From: Candidatus Omnitrophota bacterium
GTDB lineage: Bacteria > Omnitrophota > Gorgyraeia > Zapsychrales > Fredricksoniimonadaceae
Direction: 5' to 3'
Length of the DNA: 64,000 bases
Assembly: GCA_028865345.1 (NCBI GenBank)
Contig: JAGWKL010000002.1
Coordinates: 128,665 to 192,664 of the forward strand
The notes beneath the pieces were generated by a model. The model saw only the letters and a list, made by a program, of their open reading frames with translations, made no database searches and was not told the origin of the DNA. The position numbers were made by a program, and so were the translations under genes. Of this stretch, positions 22,001-30,495 are shown piece by piece (position 1 is the first letter of the stretch; each line of letters starts with the position of its first letter).

Positions 22001-22279
22001 CCGCTGCGTGCCGCCGGATCCCACTTTCAAGAAAGTCCTGAAGCCCCGGATGGAACATATCCGGGGGGCTTTATTGGCCGGATAGAATTCCATAATGGCC
22101 CTGTCTTTGGATTCGATGCCGAAAGAGCAGATGGCCTGGGCCCGGTTGACATAAAAGGCCCACATGGGGATCCCGTACAACCCCGCAACGCCTGGAAAGA
22201 AATCCGAAAACAATTTGGCGTGCTGGTAGTCTTCAATGACAAAAGCGCCGCTTGCGTCCAAATAATACGGCTTATTCAT
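19067..22279 (-). CDS. Large glycoside phosphorylase, probably GH161 (beta-1,3-glucan phosphorylase-like)
   Basis: About 1070 aa with RKHGDLERDYNFF, SQGNGNYRDVNQNRR, GEGFWTDHWTYNLD, WYDALNGLPG, GWLENGSIWLHMEYKY and LSGSTAEF; family assignment is from recall. Confidence 0.7.
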   Translation of the reverse strand: MNKPYYLDASGAFVIEDYQHAKLFSDFFPGVAGLYGIPMWAFYVNRAQAICSFGIESKDRAIMEFYPANKAPRICSIRGFRTFLKVGSGGTQRFYEPFDNSLVSPYKIRQRMLITAHDLTIEEVNNTLGIKTVVNYFTMPQEPFAALVRRVTFENIGRRRVDFSCVDGLPVINPYGLKDWLAKNMSRTVEAWSKVQNVGNKAPFYQLKVEVADTPQVTPIKEGNFYFAFDESTAKLLDVVVEASVVFGAASDFLVPENFITQKNFLLPALQETSNRTPSAMSVCRFSLAGGKRHSFASLVGFAHDLTELKKVVKKATAAKFIETKAGLNRQIIDGIRDHCFTHSSSDEFNQYCGQNFMDNVLRGGLPVTLQSAQGPCVFNVYGRKHGDLERDYNFFMLAPTFLSQGNGNYRDVNQNRRNDIWFNRDVKDSSLIDFLNLIQADGYNPLIIKGTFFVIKDEGMVHGLLNAFGIVQGADKIKEMLKKGFMPGDLLKLILREVPIKAKPVDFLTKVLGACVKHESVEPGEGFWTDHWTYNLDLIESYLRLYPENLREIFWEKKVFHFFLNDFYVLPRDARLVLTPVGVRQYHSLAEHDKEVKARAKGYKLRAANGQGEVYTTILLVKLICLLANKAASLDPSGIGIEMEANKPNWYDALNGLPGLLGSSISETFELKRFAVFVKEAIRQSRLDDQTTVEVFQELADFIQGLIHVLSTEADPLKYWQKATDLKEHFRQTVRYGIDGKERSLSIGEIKKFLDGIMERCSMAATKSRYDNGLFATYFTHEVIEYDLLDKSHHGQHVRAKTFRRHDLPLFLEGFVHAMRAGNGFPEAKAVYKAVRSSPLYDRALRAYKVNADLSKEPDEIGRTRIFPAGWLENGSIWLHMEYKYYLELLRSGLAEELFAEIREALVPFLDPQVYGRSILQNSSFIVSSAHEDKDLHGQGFVARLSGSTAEFLHMWLIMNMGTRPFVLDKHGRLALTFRPLLPSWLFTRKAKGPFAAHTYAFKLFGKTMITYHNPQMKDTYGNQGVSAQKIVLTYPDRRRVEFDGSTLNAPYARDVRQGAVDRIDVFLS

Positions 22280-23096
22280 ACAAAGTCCCTCTCTCCATTC
22301 TTCCCCCCTCAAACCTGAAACGCCTGAATAAATTATAATAACCTGAGAATTTAAACCACAAAATCAACCCTGAATACCTGTCATCCGTATTATTCATATG
22401 GATGCGTTTAAGCTCGTAGAAATCCCTGTCAAACCTGTCCTTGCCCCTGTTGGTTGTGACAGCGGCCTTAAATCCCGCCTGCGCCACCAGGCGCTTGATG
22501 TTCTCGGTAAAACCCCCATCCGGATAGCAAAAATAATCGATAGGGTGCCCTAAATGTCCCTCAATGATCCTTTTACTGCCAGCTATCTCGTTTTCCTGCT
22601 GGGCCAGGGTCAAACGGGGTAAATACGCGTGGTGCCGCGTGTGCGCCCCAAAAGAAATGTCGTGTTTTTCCATTTCTTTGATCTCGTCCCATGTAAGGCA
22701 GCCCGGTTTGCCCACCCAATCGGACACCAAAAATATCGTCGCAGGGAAACCGTACTTTTTGAGGATGGGAAAGGCGTATTTATAATTGTCCTCATAACCG
22801 TCATCCACTGTTATGACAATGGTATTCCGGGAGAACACCTGTCCTTTCTTCAGGCCCGTGACCAGATCATCTAAACTGATCACCTGAAAGCCGTGGCGTT
22901 TCATAAAATTCAACTGGTAATCAAAAGACTTTGAACTGACGTCGTTGAGGCGCCACTTGACTCCGGAAGGTATCCCCACATGATGGTACATCAGGACAGG
23001 GACAACATAGCGGTCACGCAGCCAAAAAGTAAATCCAATGGCTGAAATCACGATGACGGCGAGCAAGGCCAGAAAGATATTTCTTAAACTCCTCAT
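22272..23096 (-). CDS. Polysaccharide deacetylase (CE4), membrane-anchored
   Basis: PVLMYH, TVDDGY, HTRHH and FCYPDG; N-terminal TM. Confidence 0.9.
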   Translation of the reverse strand: MRSLRNIFLALLAVIVISAIGFTFWLRDRYVVPVLMYHHVGIPSGVKWRLNDVSSKSFDYQLNFMKRHGFQVISLDDLVTGLKKGQVFSRNTIVITVDDGYEDNYKYAFPILKKYGFPATIFLVSDWVGKPGCLTWDEIKEMEKHDISFGAHTRHHAYLPRLTLAQQENEIAGSKRIIEGHLGHPIDYFCYPDGGFTENIKRLVAQAGFKAAVTTNRGKDRFDRDFYELKRIHMNNTDDRYSGLILWFKFSGYYNLFRRFRFEGGRMERGTLYE

Positions 23097-23102
23097 GATC
23101 CA

Positions 23103-23555
23103 CTATATTCCGGTTAAACGTTCTTTAACGAGCCTGCTTACCGTTTGGTTGTCCGCCTGGCCCCCGGTGCGGCCCAGGACGTCCTTCATAACACGGCCCA
23201 TGTCCTTCAGAGAGGCCGCGCCGCTTGCCGCAATCACCTCCTCGATGATTTTCTTCAATTGTTCCGTCGACATTTCAGGCGGAAGATATTTCTTTAATAG
23301 GACCAGTTCTTTTTCTTCCTTCTCAGCCAGGTCTGCCCTACCGCCGGCTTTAAATTGAGCGATGGAATCAAGGCGCTGTTTGGACTGCTTTTTGATGACG
23401 GCGATGACATCCTCATCGGGGACCGCTTCCAGGCGTTTATCCACCTTGACATTCTTGATCTGCGCGCGTAAGAAACTTAACACAGAAGAAGTGAAGGAAT
23501 CCCTGGCTTTCATGGCCTGCACATAATCCTGGCTGATTTTGTCTTCCAATGACAT
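23103..23555 (-). CDS. GatB/YqeY domain protein
   Basis: AMKARD, GGRADLAEKE, YLP and KDMGRVM. Confidence 0.92.
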   Translation of the reverse strand: MSLEDKISQDYVQAMKARDSFTSSVLSFLRAQIKNVKVDKRLEAVPDEDVIAVIKKQSKQRLDSIAQFKAGGRADLAEKEEKELVLLKKYLPPEMSTEQLKKIIEEVIAASGAASLKDMGRVMKDVLGRTGGQADNQTVSRLVKERLTGI

Positions 23556-23622
23556 AATTTCTTTCTCCTTTTAAATCTTTATATATTAACGATTTTATGA
23601 CGGGATTTCAACAGTTATACAT

Positions 23623-23655
23623 AAAAAGGGGACACTTTAAAAGTATCCCCTTTTT
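23623..23655 (-). terminator. Intrinsic terminator, possibly bidirectional
   Basis: AAAAAGGGGACACTT-TAA-AAGTATCCCCTTTTT; the single mismatch is a G.U pair on the minus strand. Confidence 0.75.
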
Positions 23656-23688
23656 AAAAACCTTTACACTCCCGGAAGTATAAAAGTT

Positions 23689-24489
23689 TTACTGCAAAAC
23701 TTTGACATTAATGGCAAAAGATTTCTTGGCCGCTGCCGGGTTCTCCGGCCGGCCGTTACGCACCAGGAACCCGTCATTGCCGTTTAAAACTGCCAGGCGA
23801 TCTTTCTGTTTTTGGGCAGCGACCCTGGCCAGATAAGCTTCATGCCTCAGAGCACTCATATGGTCTTTGACCTCTCTGATCTTCTTTTGGAACAAGGTGA
23901 TCAAAGACCGGCCTTGCTGCGGATTGGAAAATTGAGCATTAAAAGCGCGCAATTGATCCTTCAAATCTTTCAACTGAAAACTGATTAAAGAATCCCTGTC
24001 TTTCAAGGTCTTGATTTTAGCCTGTAATTCACCGATATTCTGCACATTTTCCGTGGTACGCAAATTATCCAGGCCCTGCAATTCCAGCCTTAACCTGGTA
24101 TTTTCCGCCTGGGCCTGACCCAGCATACCTTCAGTATCGGCAAGAGTGTTCCGCGTAGAGTTCAATTGGGCCGTCACCTGATCCAACTGGCGGTTAACAA
24201 TCTCCAGCTTGCGGGTCGTTTCTTCCAACTCAACCTTGGTTTCCTTATATTTTCCTACATATGTCATGTAGTTGGCCGACGCATGATCGCTGGCGGTCAA
24301 GGCCATACCGGTTGACTGCGAAAGGATTTTATAATTCTGGTGCTGTAGGCCGAGCACATACGCCGTCAAGGCGATCATGACCAGGGAAAGAACGATCCCC
24401 ACTATTCTTTTCAAATGGCCGTTTTGGTGCTGGGCATCCAGGTCCTGGTCGAATTTTGGTTCCTGCTGATTCAATAATGTCTCTGCCAC
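23689..24489 (-). CDS. Single-TM coiled-coil hypothetical protein
   Basis: GTG start after GGAGGT, one TM, then a long heptad-rich helix. Confidence 0.75.
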   Translation of the reverse strand: MAETLLNQQEPKFDQDLDAQHQNGHLKRIVGIVLSLVMIALTAYVLGLQHQNYKILSQSTGMALTASDHASANYMTYVGKYKETKVELEETTRKLEIVNRQLDQVTAQLNSTRNTLADTEGMLGQAQAENTRLRLELQGLDNLRTTENVQNIGELQAKIKTLKDRDSLISFQLKDLKDQLRAFNAQFSNPQQGRSLITLFQKKIREVKDHMSALRHEAYLARVAAQKQKDRLAVLNGNDGFLVRNGRPENPAAAKKSFAINVKVLQ

Positions 24490-24506
24490 CTTCCCACCTC
24501 CTCGCG

Positions 24507-24887
24507 CTAAAGCGCCAAATTCCCTAAAATTTTTGCATCTCCGGCTTCACACAACTGATTGATCTTCACCTCGAGCCATCGCTGCAGGCTGCCATCCGGT
24601 TTGTCCGCTAAAAATTGTATCCCGCACAAAAACCTTTGCGGGGAAGCGCCGATACGCTGAAACCACATGATCTTCCCTTTTTTGGCGGCAAAGGGTAAGG
24701 CTTCTGTCCCTGATTCAATGGACAAAACACAATTGTCCGACGGCTTGAACACCTTGTCCGTCTGCAAAAGCAGGCCTGAAGCTGAAATATTGACCACAGT
24801 CCCTTCACCCGAGACGTTCTGGTCCGCAACCTTCCAGCTCACGTCTAAAAATTCCCGCAAACGAAAATGTCGACGGTTCTCAAACAT
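24507..24887 (-). CDS. PilZ domain protein
   Basis: RRHFR (RxxxR) and NISASG (D/NxSxxG) c-di-GMP-binding motifs, plus GIQF. Confidence 0.85.
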   Translation of the reverse strand: MFENRRHFRLREFLDVSWKVADQNVSGEGTVVNISASGLLLQTDKVFKPSDNCVLSIESGTEALPFAAKKGKIMWFQRIGASPQRFLCGIQFLADKPDGSLQRWLEVKINQLCEAGDAKILGNLAL

Positions 24888-24932
24888 ACCCAGCTTATTT
24901 TACCGCACAATACAAAAAGGGCAAGAAAAAAA

Positions 24933-24962
24933 GGCCTGTCCCCCCGGCCCCGGGGACAGGCC
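24933..24962 (-). terminator. Palindromic-family element acting as terminator of the metal cluster
   Basis: Perfect 11-bp stem GGCCTGTCCCC/GGGGACAGGCC followed on the minus strand by a 7-T run. Confidence 0.8.
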
Positions 24963-24967
24963 GGCAA

Positions 24968-25219
24968 CTACCTGAAATGGACAAAAATCCTGCCGAAATT
25001 CTTGTCGTCTTTCTCAATGCGGTGGTACAAAGCCTTGATATGTTTCTGCTCTAAAAAACGTAAAACATGCTTTTTAAGCTGCCCGCTGCCCTTGCCTGGA
25101 ATGATTTCAACCAAGGCTATCCCCTTGTCCACCGCTTCCCGGATCACACGGTTCAGTTCGGCTTCAATGGCGTCTCCGCGGTTAAAAATATCATGCAAAT
25201 CCAGTTTGATCTTAGCCAT
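24968..25219 (-). CDS. Smr/MutS2-C domain small protein
   Basis: KLDLHD, EIIPGKGSGQLK and DKNFGR; SD before MAKIK. Confidence 0.85.
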   Translation of the reverse strand: MAKIKLDLHDIFNRGDAIEAELNRVIREAVDKGIALVEIIPGKGSGQLKKHVLRFLEQKHIKALYHRIEKDDKNFGRIFVHFR

Positions 25220-25835
25220 GATAAGCTCCCTTAATGGTTTTGGCCATGTCCTCTGCCGTATCTTCAGGATGGAAAAGATCGGATGTTTTACCATGGGCAT
25301 CTATCAAATAAATATAATCCGAATGGTTAAACATATACCCCAATGCCGAAGAACTGGATTCCACCCTCTCATAAGAGGCTCCATACTTATGGACCACAGC
25401 ATCCACCTGCTGTTTGGTCCCGGTTAAGCCAATAGCATTGATATTGAAATACTTCAGATATGCTTTGAGCTTTTGCGGCGTGTCCCGCCGGGGATCAATG
25501 GTGACAAATACGGTCAGGATATGGGGCCGCAACTTCTTGCCTAAAAGCGCATAGACACGGGCCAACTTGGAAAGTGTCGTGGGGCAGACATCCGGGCACG
25601 TAGTGTACCCGAAAAACAAAAGAACGATTTGCCCGCGGTGGTCTTTCAAATGAAAAATCTTCCCGTTATCGTCATGAAGGGTAAAGTCCCTTTGAGTGTT
25701 CAATGCGCTATAAGCTTCGGCATTATCGGCAGCAGGTGCCGTTTCCTGCTTCCCGCATCCTGCCCAGGAGAAACAAAACCCCAGAAATAAGATAGAAAAA
25801 ATTACTTTATCGGCTTTTAAATTCGGCATGATCAT
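25212..25835 (-). CDS. SCO family copper chaperone (lipoprotein)
   Basis: FFGYTTCPDVCP (CxxxC), TIDPRRD and the His ligand in NHSD; lipobox WAGC. Confidence 0.92.
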   Translation of the reverse strand: MIMPNLKADKVIFSILFLGFCFSWAGCGKQETAPAADNAEAYSALNTQRDFTLHDDNGKIFHLKDHRGQIVLLFFGYTTCPDVCPTTLSKLARVYALLGKKLRPHILTVFVTIDPRRDTPQKLKAYLKYFNINAIGLTGTKQQVDAVVHKYGASYERVESSSSALGYMFNHSDYIYLIDAHGKTSDLFHPEDTAEDMAKTIKGAYHG

Positions 25836-26329
25836 TGGGACATCCTCATTCCCGGCATAGAGGAAGGCTTCTGTTTTCCCTGCATTTTGACCTCTGCGTT
25901 GACAATGATGGAAGCCCCTCCCTTAAAATGAAGCGTGACCGGCACCATTTCACCTTTATGGACCGGTTTTTTCAGATTGATCAACATGATATGATAACCT
26001 CCCGGCTGTAACGTCACCTGTGACCGGGCCGGAATGGCTATCTGCTTGACCATGGCCATTGTCATCATCCCATTGGCCTCGCTCATCCGATGGATCTCAA
26101 CAGCGCCTGCGATATCACTCGATGCCGACACCAAAACAACTTCCTTGGAAGACGTGTTGGTTATGGTCATATACGCCGCCGTTGTCGTCTGCGTAGGCGG
26201 CATGGCCTGCACCCAGGCATGGCTGACGGAAACTCCTTGGGCCGCGTGGGCTTCATAAGCAAGAAAAATCACGGCTATCGCCGCCGACATAAAAAACAAT
26301 AAATTTCTGGTATTCATAGATTCCCTCAT
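25832..26329 (-). CDS. PCu(A)C copper chaperone
   Basis: TAAYM, VEIHRM...GMMTM and PGGYHIML; Met-rich tail. Confidence 0.92.
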   Translation of the reverse strand: MRESMNTRNLLFFMSAAIAVIFLAYEAHAAQGVSVSHAWVQAMPPTQTTTAAYMTITNTSSKEVVLVSASSDIAGAVEIHRMSEANGMMTMAMVKQIAIPARSQVTLQPGGYHIMLINLKKPVHKGEMVPVTLHFKGGASIIVNAEVKMQGKQKPSSMPGMRMSQ

Positions 26330-26712
26330 TTCTTTTTTTGGCCCTCATGACGGACGCTCGCAGATGCCTGCAATGATTGCAGATAAGTGATGATCTGATT
26401 GACTTGTTTGGGCGGAACATGTTCGAAAGCAGGCATAATGCTGCTGTCTTCCTTGATTCCATATTCAATCGAACGCCTCATGCTGTCCCAATCGCTGCCA
26501 TGGTGGTATGTTTTGAGATCGTAAAAATCGGTCGGCGGCGGCACAAACTTTTGTGCATTTATGCCGTCGCCGCGGGCATCCCATCCATGACACAGCGCGC
26601 AACCGTAGGACAAATAAAGCTGCCTTCCTTTTTCGACCGCGGCAGGAGTGCCTGCCACGGCCCCTGTAATACTCCAAAACAAGAAAAACAATAAAGATAG
26701 GAAACGGACCAT
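26326..26712 (-). CDS. Monoheme c-type cytochrome
   Basis: Signal peptide, CALCH heme motif and MPAF distal Met. Confidence 0.88.
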   Translation of the reverse strand: MVRFLSLLFFLFWSITGAVAGTPAAVEKGRQLYLSYGCALCHGWDARGDGINAQKFVPPPTDFYDLKTYHHGSDWDSMRRSIEYGIKEDSSIMPAFEHVPPKQVNQIITYLQSLQASASVRHEGQKKK

Positions 26713-26797
26713 TGCGTCACCCTCCAAACAATTCCACTAAGCTTTGCCACTGATTCGAAGTGCCGCTTTCCTTAATTTTCATCGTTGGGAGCGGCCT

Positions 26798-27715
26798 CTA
26801 AAATTTATAACTGACGACAACCTTGTAAAGGGACCCAGCTACCAGCTGATCGCCGTTGATATGTTGATAAACAGGAAACCCGACATCGAAGAACACCATG
26901 AACCTTTTATAATCCAATTCCAACCCTGGAGCAAGCAAAATACGCTCATAACCACTGTCTGCCGGGTTTGCGGCCCATCCTCTGTCCCGGGAACGGTAGG
27001 AATTTTCCACTTCTCCTATCGGAGTGACCCTGACGCTTCCTGCCGACAAGCCGTTATAATCAACACCGGCCACGGCATCGTCCTCGGTGCCGGGACGGTA
27101 TCCGCCCTGCGTCAAAAAAGGCTGGTCGAGTAAATTCTGGACAAAATAACCGACAGAAGCGCTTATGGCCCCGCGGTGATAGGCGCCCAACAATGCGTCG
27201 GTACTGCCGGTGCCAAGCTCTGTGTCCCGGTCGAAATTCGGATAGGTCCAGTCGCCTGTAGGCACCTTAAAGCCAAACTCAAGGCCGGTGGACATGTCCG
27301 CTGAAAAACCGGTATAAATGCCCTGGATGCGCATATCGCCGACGGCCGAATGCCGGAATGAAACAATGCCCCCTGCATCATCGGTGGCCTTGAAATAACG
27401 GTGGTCGTAAGGCAGATCCGCCTGAATGCCCCATTTGCGGTTAAACATATATTGAAAACCTGTATCCGTAAAACTGGTACGGATCCGCTTGTCGCTGTTA
27501 CCATCCGCAGACGCCTTGGAATCCTTGCTCCAATTACGATTTTGGTCCATAAAATCATACTCCGTAAAAACCCTCCCGCCCTGGCCTGACGGGAACATGG
27601 AGCTTGTCCCCACATTGAACACACCGCACCCGCAGGCGCAAGCCCAGGAAATGACCGGCATGAAATCAAGAAAAACAAACGTCGAAAATGATAATATAAG
27701 AAATATTTTACGCAT
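26798..27715 (-). CDS. Putative outer-membrane beta-barrel transporter with N-terminal CxCxC
   Basis: Signal peptide, mature N-terminus CACGCG, GFKVPTG..LGTGSTD motif, amphipathic strands and C-terminal Phe (SYKF). Confidence 0.7.
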   Translation of the reverse strand: MRKIFLILSFSTFVFLDFMPVISWACACGCGVFNVGTSSMFPSGQGGRVFTEYDFMDQNRNWSKDSKASADGNSDKRIRTSFTDTGFQYMFNRKWGIQADLPYDHRYFKATDDAGGIVSFRHSAVGDMRIQGIYTGFSADMSTGLEFGFKVPTGDWTYPNFDRDTELGTGSTDALLGAYHRGAISASVGYFVQNLLDQPFLTQGGYRPGTEDDAVAGVDYNGLSAGSVRVTPIGEVENSYRSRDRGWAANPADSGYERILLAPGLELDYKRFMVFFDVGFPVYQHINGDQLVAGSLYKVVVSYKF

Positions 27716-27787
27716 TTGATCCTCCCGGTTAATGACATAGAGAATCCTTCACGGAGCGGCAAGCAAAAGCGCTGCCGAAGGGCTCCA

Positions 27788-27814
27788 TTGGCCTGTCCCC
27801 CAACTCGGAGACCT
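27788..27814. repeat. Palindromic element copy (degenerate)
   Basis: TTGGCCTGTCCCC-CAACTC-GGAGACCT; nearly identical to 61198-61224. Confidence 0.65.
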
Positions 27815-27827
27815 TAAGAAAATGCGC

Positions 27828-28193
27828 CTAAATTTTGGGAACGTACTCTGATGCGGCAGGGAAAGGATTATGATAAAGCAAGAAAGGGTCTTCAAAAACA
27901 GACGTTGATTGCAAACCCGGACCAACCATGGGATGAGATGAGACAAAATAATTGCTCCCGCCCATATTTTCTTTGTTGTTGGACGCCCCGGTCTTGAGCA
28001 CCACCCCATGCTCCATGGCCTTATCAGGCGCTTTAGGCAAGAAAATGCTGCACATACACATGGCCCGCTGGCCGCCGCAAAAAAGTTTTTGCTCAGACGG
28101 TTTTATAAAATACCCCAACGGCATGATCCAAAGGACAAACCCGGCAAGACATAATGACGGAAGGATTTTATGCATGGCAAATATTTTAAGCAA
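27828..28193 (-). CDS. Small Cys-motif membrane/secreted protein (candidate leader peptide)
   Basis: N-terminal hydrophobic segment, CGGQRAMCMC and a Pro-rich C-terminus (NPFPAASEYVPKI); alternative ATG at 28175. Confidence 0.6.
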   Translation of the reverse strand: MLKIFAMHKILPSLCLAGFVLWIMPLGYFIKPSEQKLFCGGQRAMCMCSIFLPKAPDKAMEHGVVLKTGASNNKENMGGSNYFVSSHPMVGPGLQSTSVFEDPFLLYHNPFPAASEYVPKI

Positions 28194-28196
28194 CGG

Positions 28197-28799
28197 TTAA
28201 AAAATGCCAAAAAGTTTCTTTTTTTGCACTTCAAAGGCATCGGCCTTGATGCGGTATATCCCGGCGAACTCGCCGTCTTCAAACTTGGGGCCCACATTGA
28301 GGGTGCCGTAAATGGTGATGGGCTCGTTAAAATCATCGTCTGAAATGTTAAACCCTTTGGGATCCACGGTATCGCCGATCATCCATTGGTCGTAGCCCAG
28401 CATGGCGCAAAACAAACAAGACACCAACTCATCGGCAAATAAAAATTCCTTGGTGTTCTGGCCAAAACCTTGGCTCGCCAAAGGGATCACAAAGCCCGTA
28501 ACAGCCACCTTCTTACCGCTCAAATCCTGAATATCTTTAGGGATGGTCATGGGAACTTTTGCCGCCGGGGTGACATTGCCATCGGGATGTTCCACCGCCA
28601 CCGGAGGCGCGTAATTGAAGAAAAGCTCATCGAAGGTGACCACCTGGTAGCGTTGATGGTCCTTCTCGACGAACTTCAAAACCTGCGGCCCTCTTGGCGG
28701 AGGATGGACTTGCGAGCGCGCCGGATGCGCCGCTAAAAGGATGCAAACGCTTAAAAACACCCAGCGTAACACCTTCGGTCTTTCATTGATCTTAATCAT
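28197..28799 (-). CDS. DUF3299-like periplasmic protein
   Basis: LSGKKVAVTGFVIPL, EFL..., CLFC and ITIYGTL. Confidence 0.7.
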   Translation of the reverse strand: MIKINERPKVLRWVFLSVCILLAAHPARSQVHPPPRGPQVLKFVEKDHQRYQVVTFDELFFNYAPPVAVEHPDGNVTPAAKVPMTIPKDIQDLSGKKVAVTGFVIPLASQGFGQNTKEFLFADELVSCLFCAMLGYDQWMIGDTVDPKGFNISDDDFNEPITIYGTLNVGPKFEDGEFAGIYRIKADAFEVQKKKLFGIF

Positions 28800-28830
28800 A
28801 ATGTCATTATAGTAAGCAGCAAATGACCTG

Positions 28831-29676
28831 TCAAAAGCATTGAATGGATGAAATCAGCCTTACGAGAATATAAATGACGAATACTATAGAGGTTATGAAA
28901 AAGCTTACCGGATATGGCAGATAAAAAGAAATAAACAATCCAAGCCACGTCGCGAAGACCGCGATAAGCACTGAAATAGCTATCCCGTCAAAGGGCCTTG
29001 ATGCCAGACGATGGGCTATAGCGGCCGGCGTCACCATCAAAGCAAAAATAAGAAGCACCCCCACCACTTGTACGGCAATGGAGGTCGCCACAGCAATTAA
29101 AAGCATAAATATAAGACCGATGCCCAGAACCGAGAGACCTTTGGCTTCCGCGACATCCTCATCAAGCGAAGTGAATAACAGCGGCCGGTAAAATATCGCC
29201 AATACAATAAGAATCAGGATCCCTGCCAATAACGTCACCGTCACATTGCTGCTGCTGATACCCAAAATTTCTCCGAACAAAAGCGAGTAGGCTTCCGTGG
29301 CATAACCGGAATAAAGGCTGATAAATAAAACGCCCAGGCCCAACATGAATGCCAGCACCGTGCCGATCTGGATGTCCCGGCTGGCGACCTTGCGTCCCAA
29401 TAATCCCATCAACAAACCGCCGCTCATGGTAAATAAAAGCAGCCCCACAATGGGGTTCAGGCCGATCAAACAGGCCCCGGCAGCTCCTGTAAATCCGACG
29501 TGAGATAAGGCGTGCGCCGCGAATGCGGACCTCCTTAACACAATAAAATACCCCACAAATCCCGCGACAACAGCAACGATTGTTCCTGCCTGAAAGGCGT
29601 GCAGCATAAAATCATACTTAAAGATCGTCTGCAGATCGCTAAAAATATTAACACTAAATGCGGGACTAATGTTCAT
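28831..29676 (-). CDS. znuB: Zn/Mn ABC transporter permease
   Basis: AHALSHVGFTGA, LFGEILG, VGVLLIFALMVTPAA. Confidence 0.88.
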   Translation of the reverse strand: MNISPAFSVNIFSDLQTIFKYDFMLHAFQAGTIVAVVAGFVGYFIVLRRSAFAAHALSHVGFTGAAGACLIGLNPIVGLLLFTMSGGLLMGLLGRKVASRDIQIGTVLAFMLGLGVLFISLYSGYATEAYSLLFGEILGISSSNVTVTLLAGILILIVLAIFYRPLLFTSLDEDVAEAKGLSVLGIGLIFMLLIAVATSIAVQVVGVLLIFALMVTPAAIAHRLASRPFDGIAISVLIAVFATWLGLFISFYLPYPVSFFITSIVFVIYILVRLISSIQCF

Positions 29677-30487
29677 GGTGATGCGCTCCTTCTTCCCCTA
29701 CTTCGCCTCCCACGATGGCAAACCTCCCTCGAGAATCCCTCAACACCTCCACCGGGGAGTTATAAAGTTTGGTAAGGGCCTCCGAATTCAACACATCGCC
29801 GGGGTCCCCGACGGCCACATGCCCATTGGCCACATACACGACCCTGTCCAACGCCGACAAAAGCGGATTGATGTTGTGGGCTATCAAAAGGACCGTTATG
29901 TTTTGAGAAGTCGCCACGTCCTTGATAAGCTTTACAAATTCCGATTCGCGACGGATATCCAGGCTTGCCAGCGGCTCATCCAACAATAGGATTTGAGGGT
30001 TTCCCACCAAGGCTTGCGCCAAAAATATTCTTTGCAATTCCCCCCCGGATAACGTGCTTAAGGACCGGTGAGCCAATTCCTGAGCCCCCACAATATCAAG
30101 AGCCTTAAGTGATGCCTTGGTCTCTTTTTTACTTTGGGCAGGCAAACTAAATCCCAGCCGCTTGCCGCTGGTTCCAAGCTTGACAATTTCCAAAGCTTCT
30201 ATCCTAAGTTCCGCATCGAAAGAATGGTGCTGCGGAACGTAGCCTATCCTGTCATTATCGCATTGGGGCTTGCGGCCAAAAACAGTTATTTCTCCGCTGA
30301 TTGGTTTTAAAAGGCCCAATAGCAATTTAAAAAGGGTCGTTTTCCCCGCGCCATTGGGCCCCAGAATGCCGACAAATTCTCCTTTGGCGATCGCAAAAGA
30401 TGTTTGTTCAAAAACCATCCTTTTTGATTTTCCCAAAAAGTACCCGGCCGACAAATTATTGACGGTGATAATATTTTCTTTTTTCAT
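29666..30487 (-). CDS. znuC: Zn/Mn ABC transporter ATP-binding protein
   Basis: GPNGAGKT, GYVPQ, LSGGELQR and LLDEP; His-rich C-terminus. Confidence 0.88.
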   Translation of the reverse strand: MKKENIITVNNLSAGYFLGKSKRMVFEQTSFAIAKGEFVGILGPNGAGKTTLFKLLLGLLKPISGEITVFGRKPQCDNDRIGYVPQHHSFDAELRIEALEIVKLGTSGKRLGFSLPAQSKKETKASLKALDIVGAQELAHRSLSTLSGGELQRIFLAQALVGNPQILLLDEPLASLDIRRESEFVKLIKDVATSQNITVLLIAHNINPLLSALDRVVYVANGHVAVGDPGDVLNSEALTKLYNSPVEVLRDSRGRFAIVGGEVGEEGAHHHEH

Positions 30488-30495
30488 CTTTTTCG

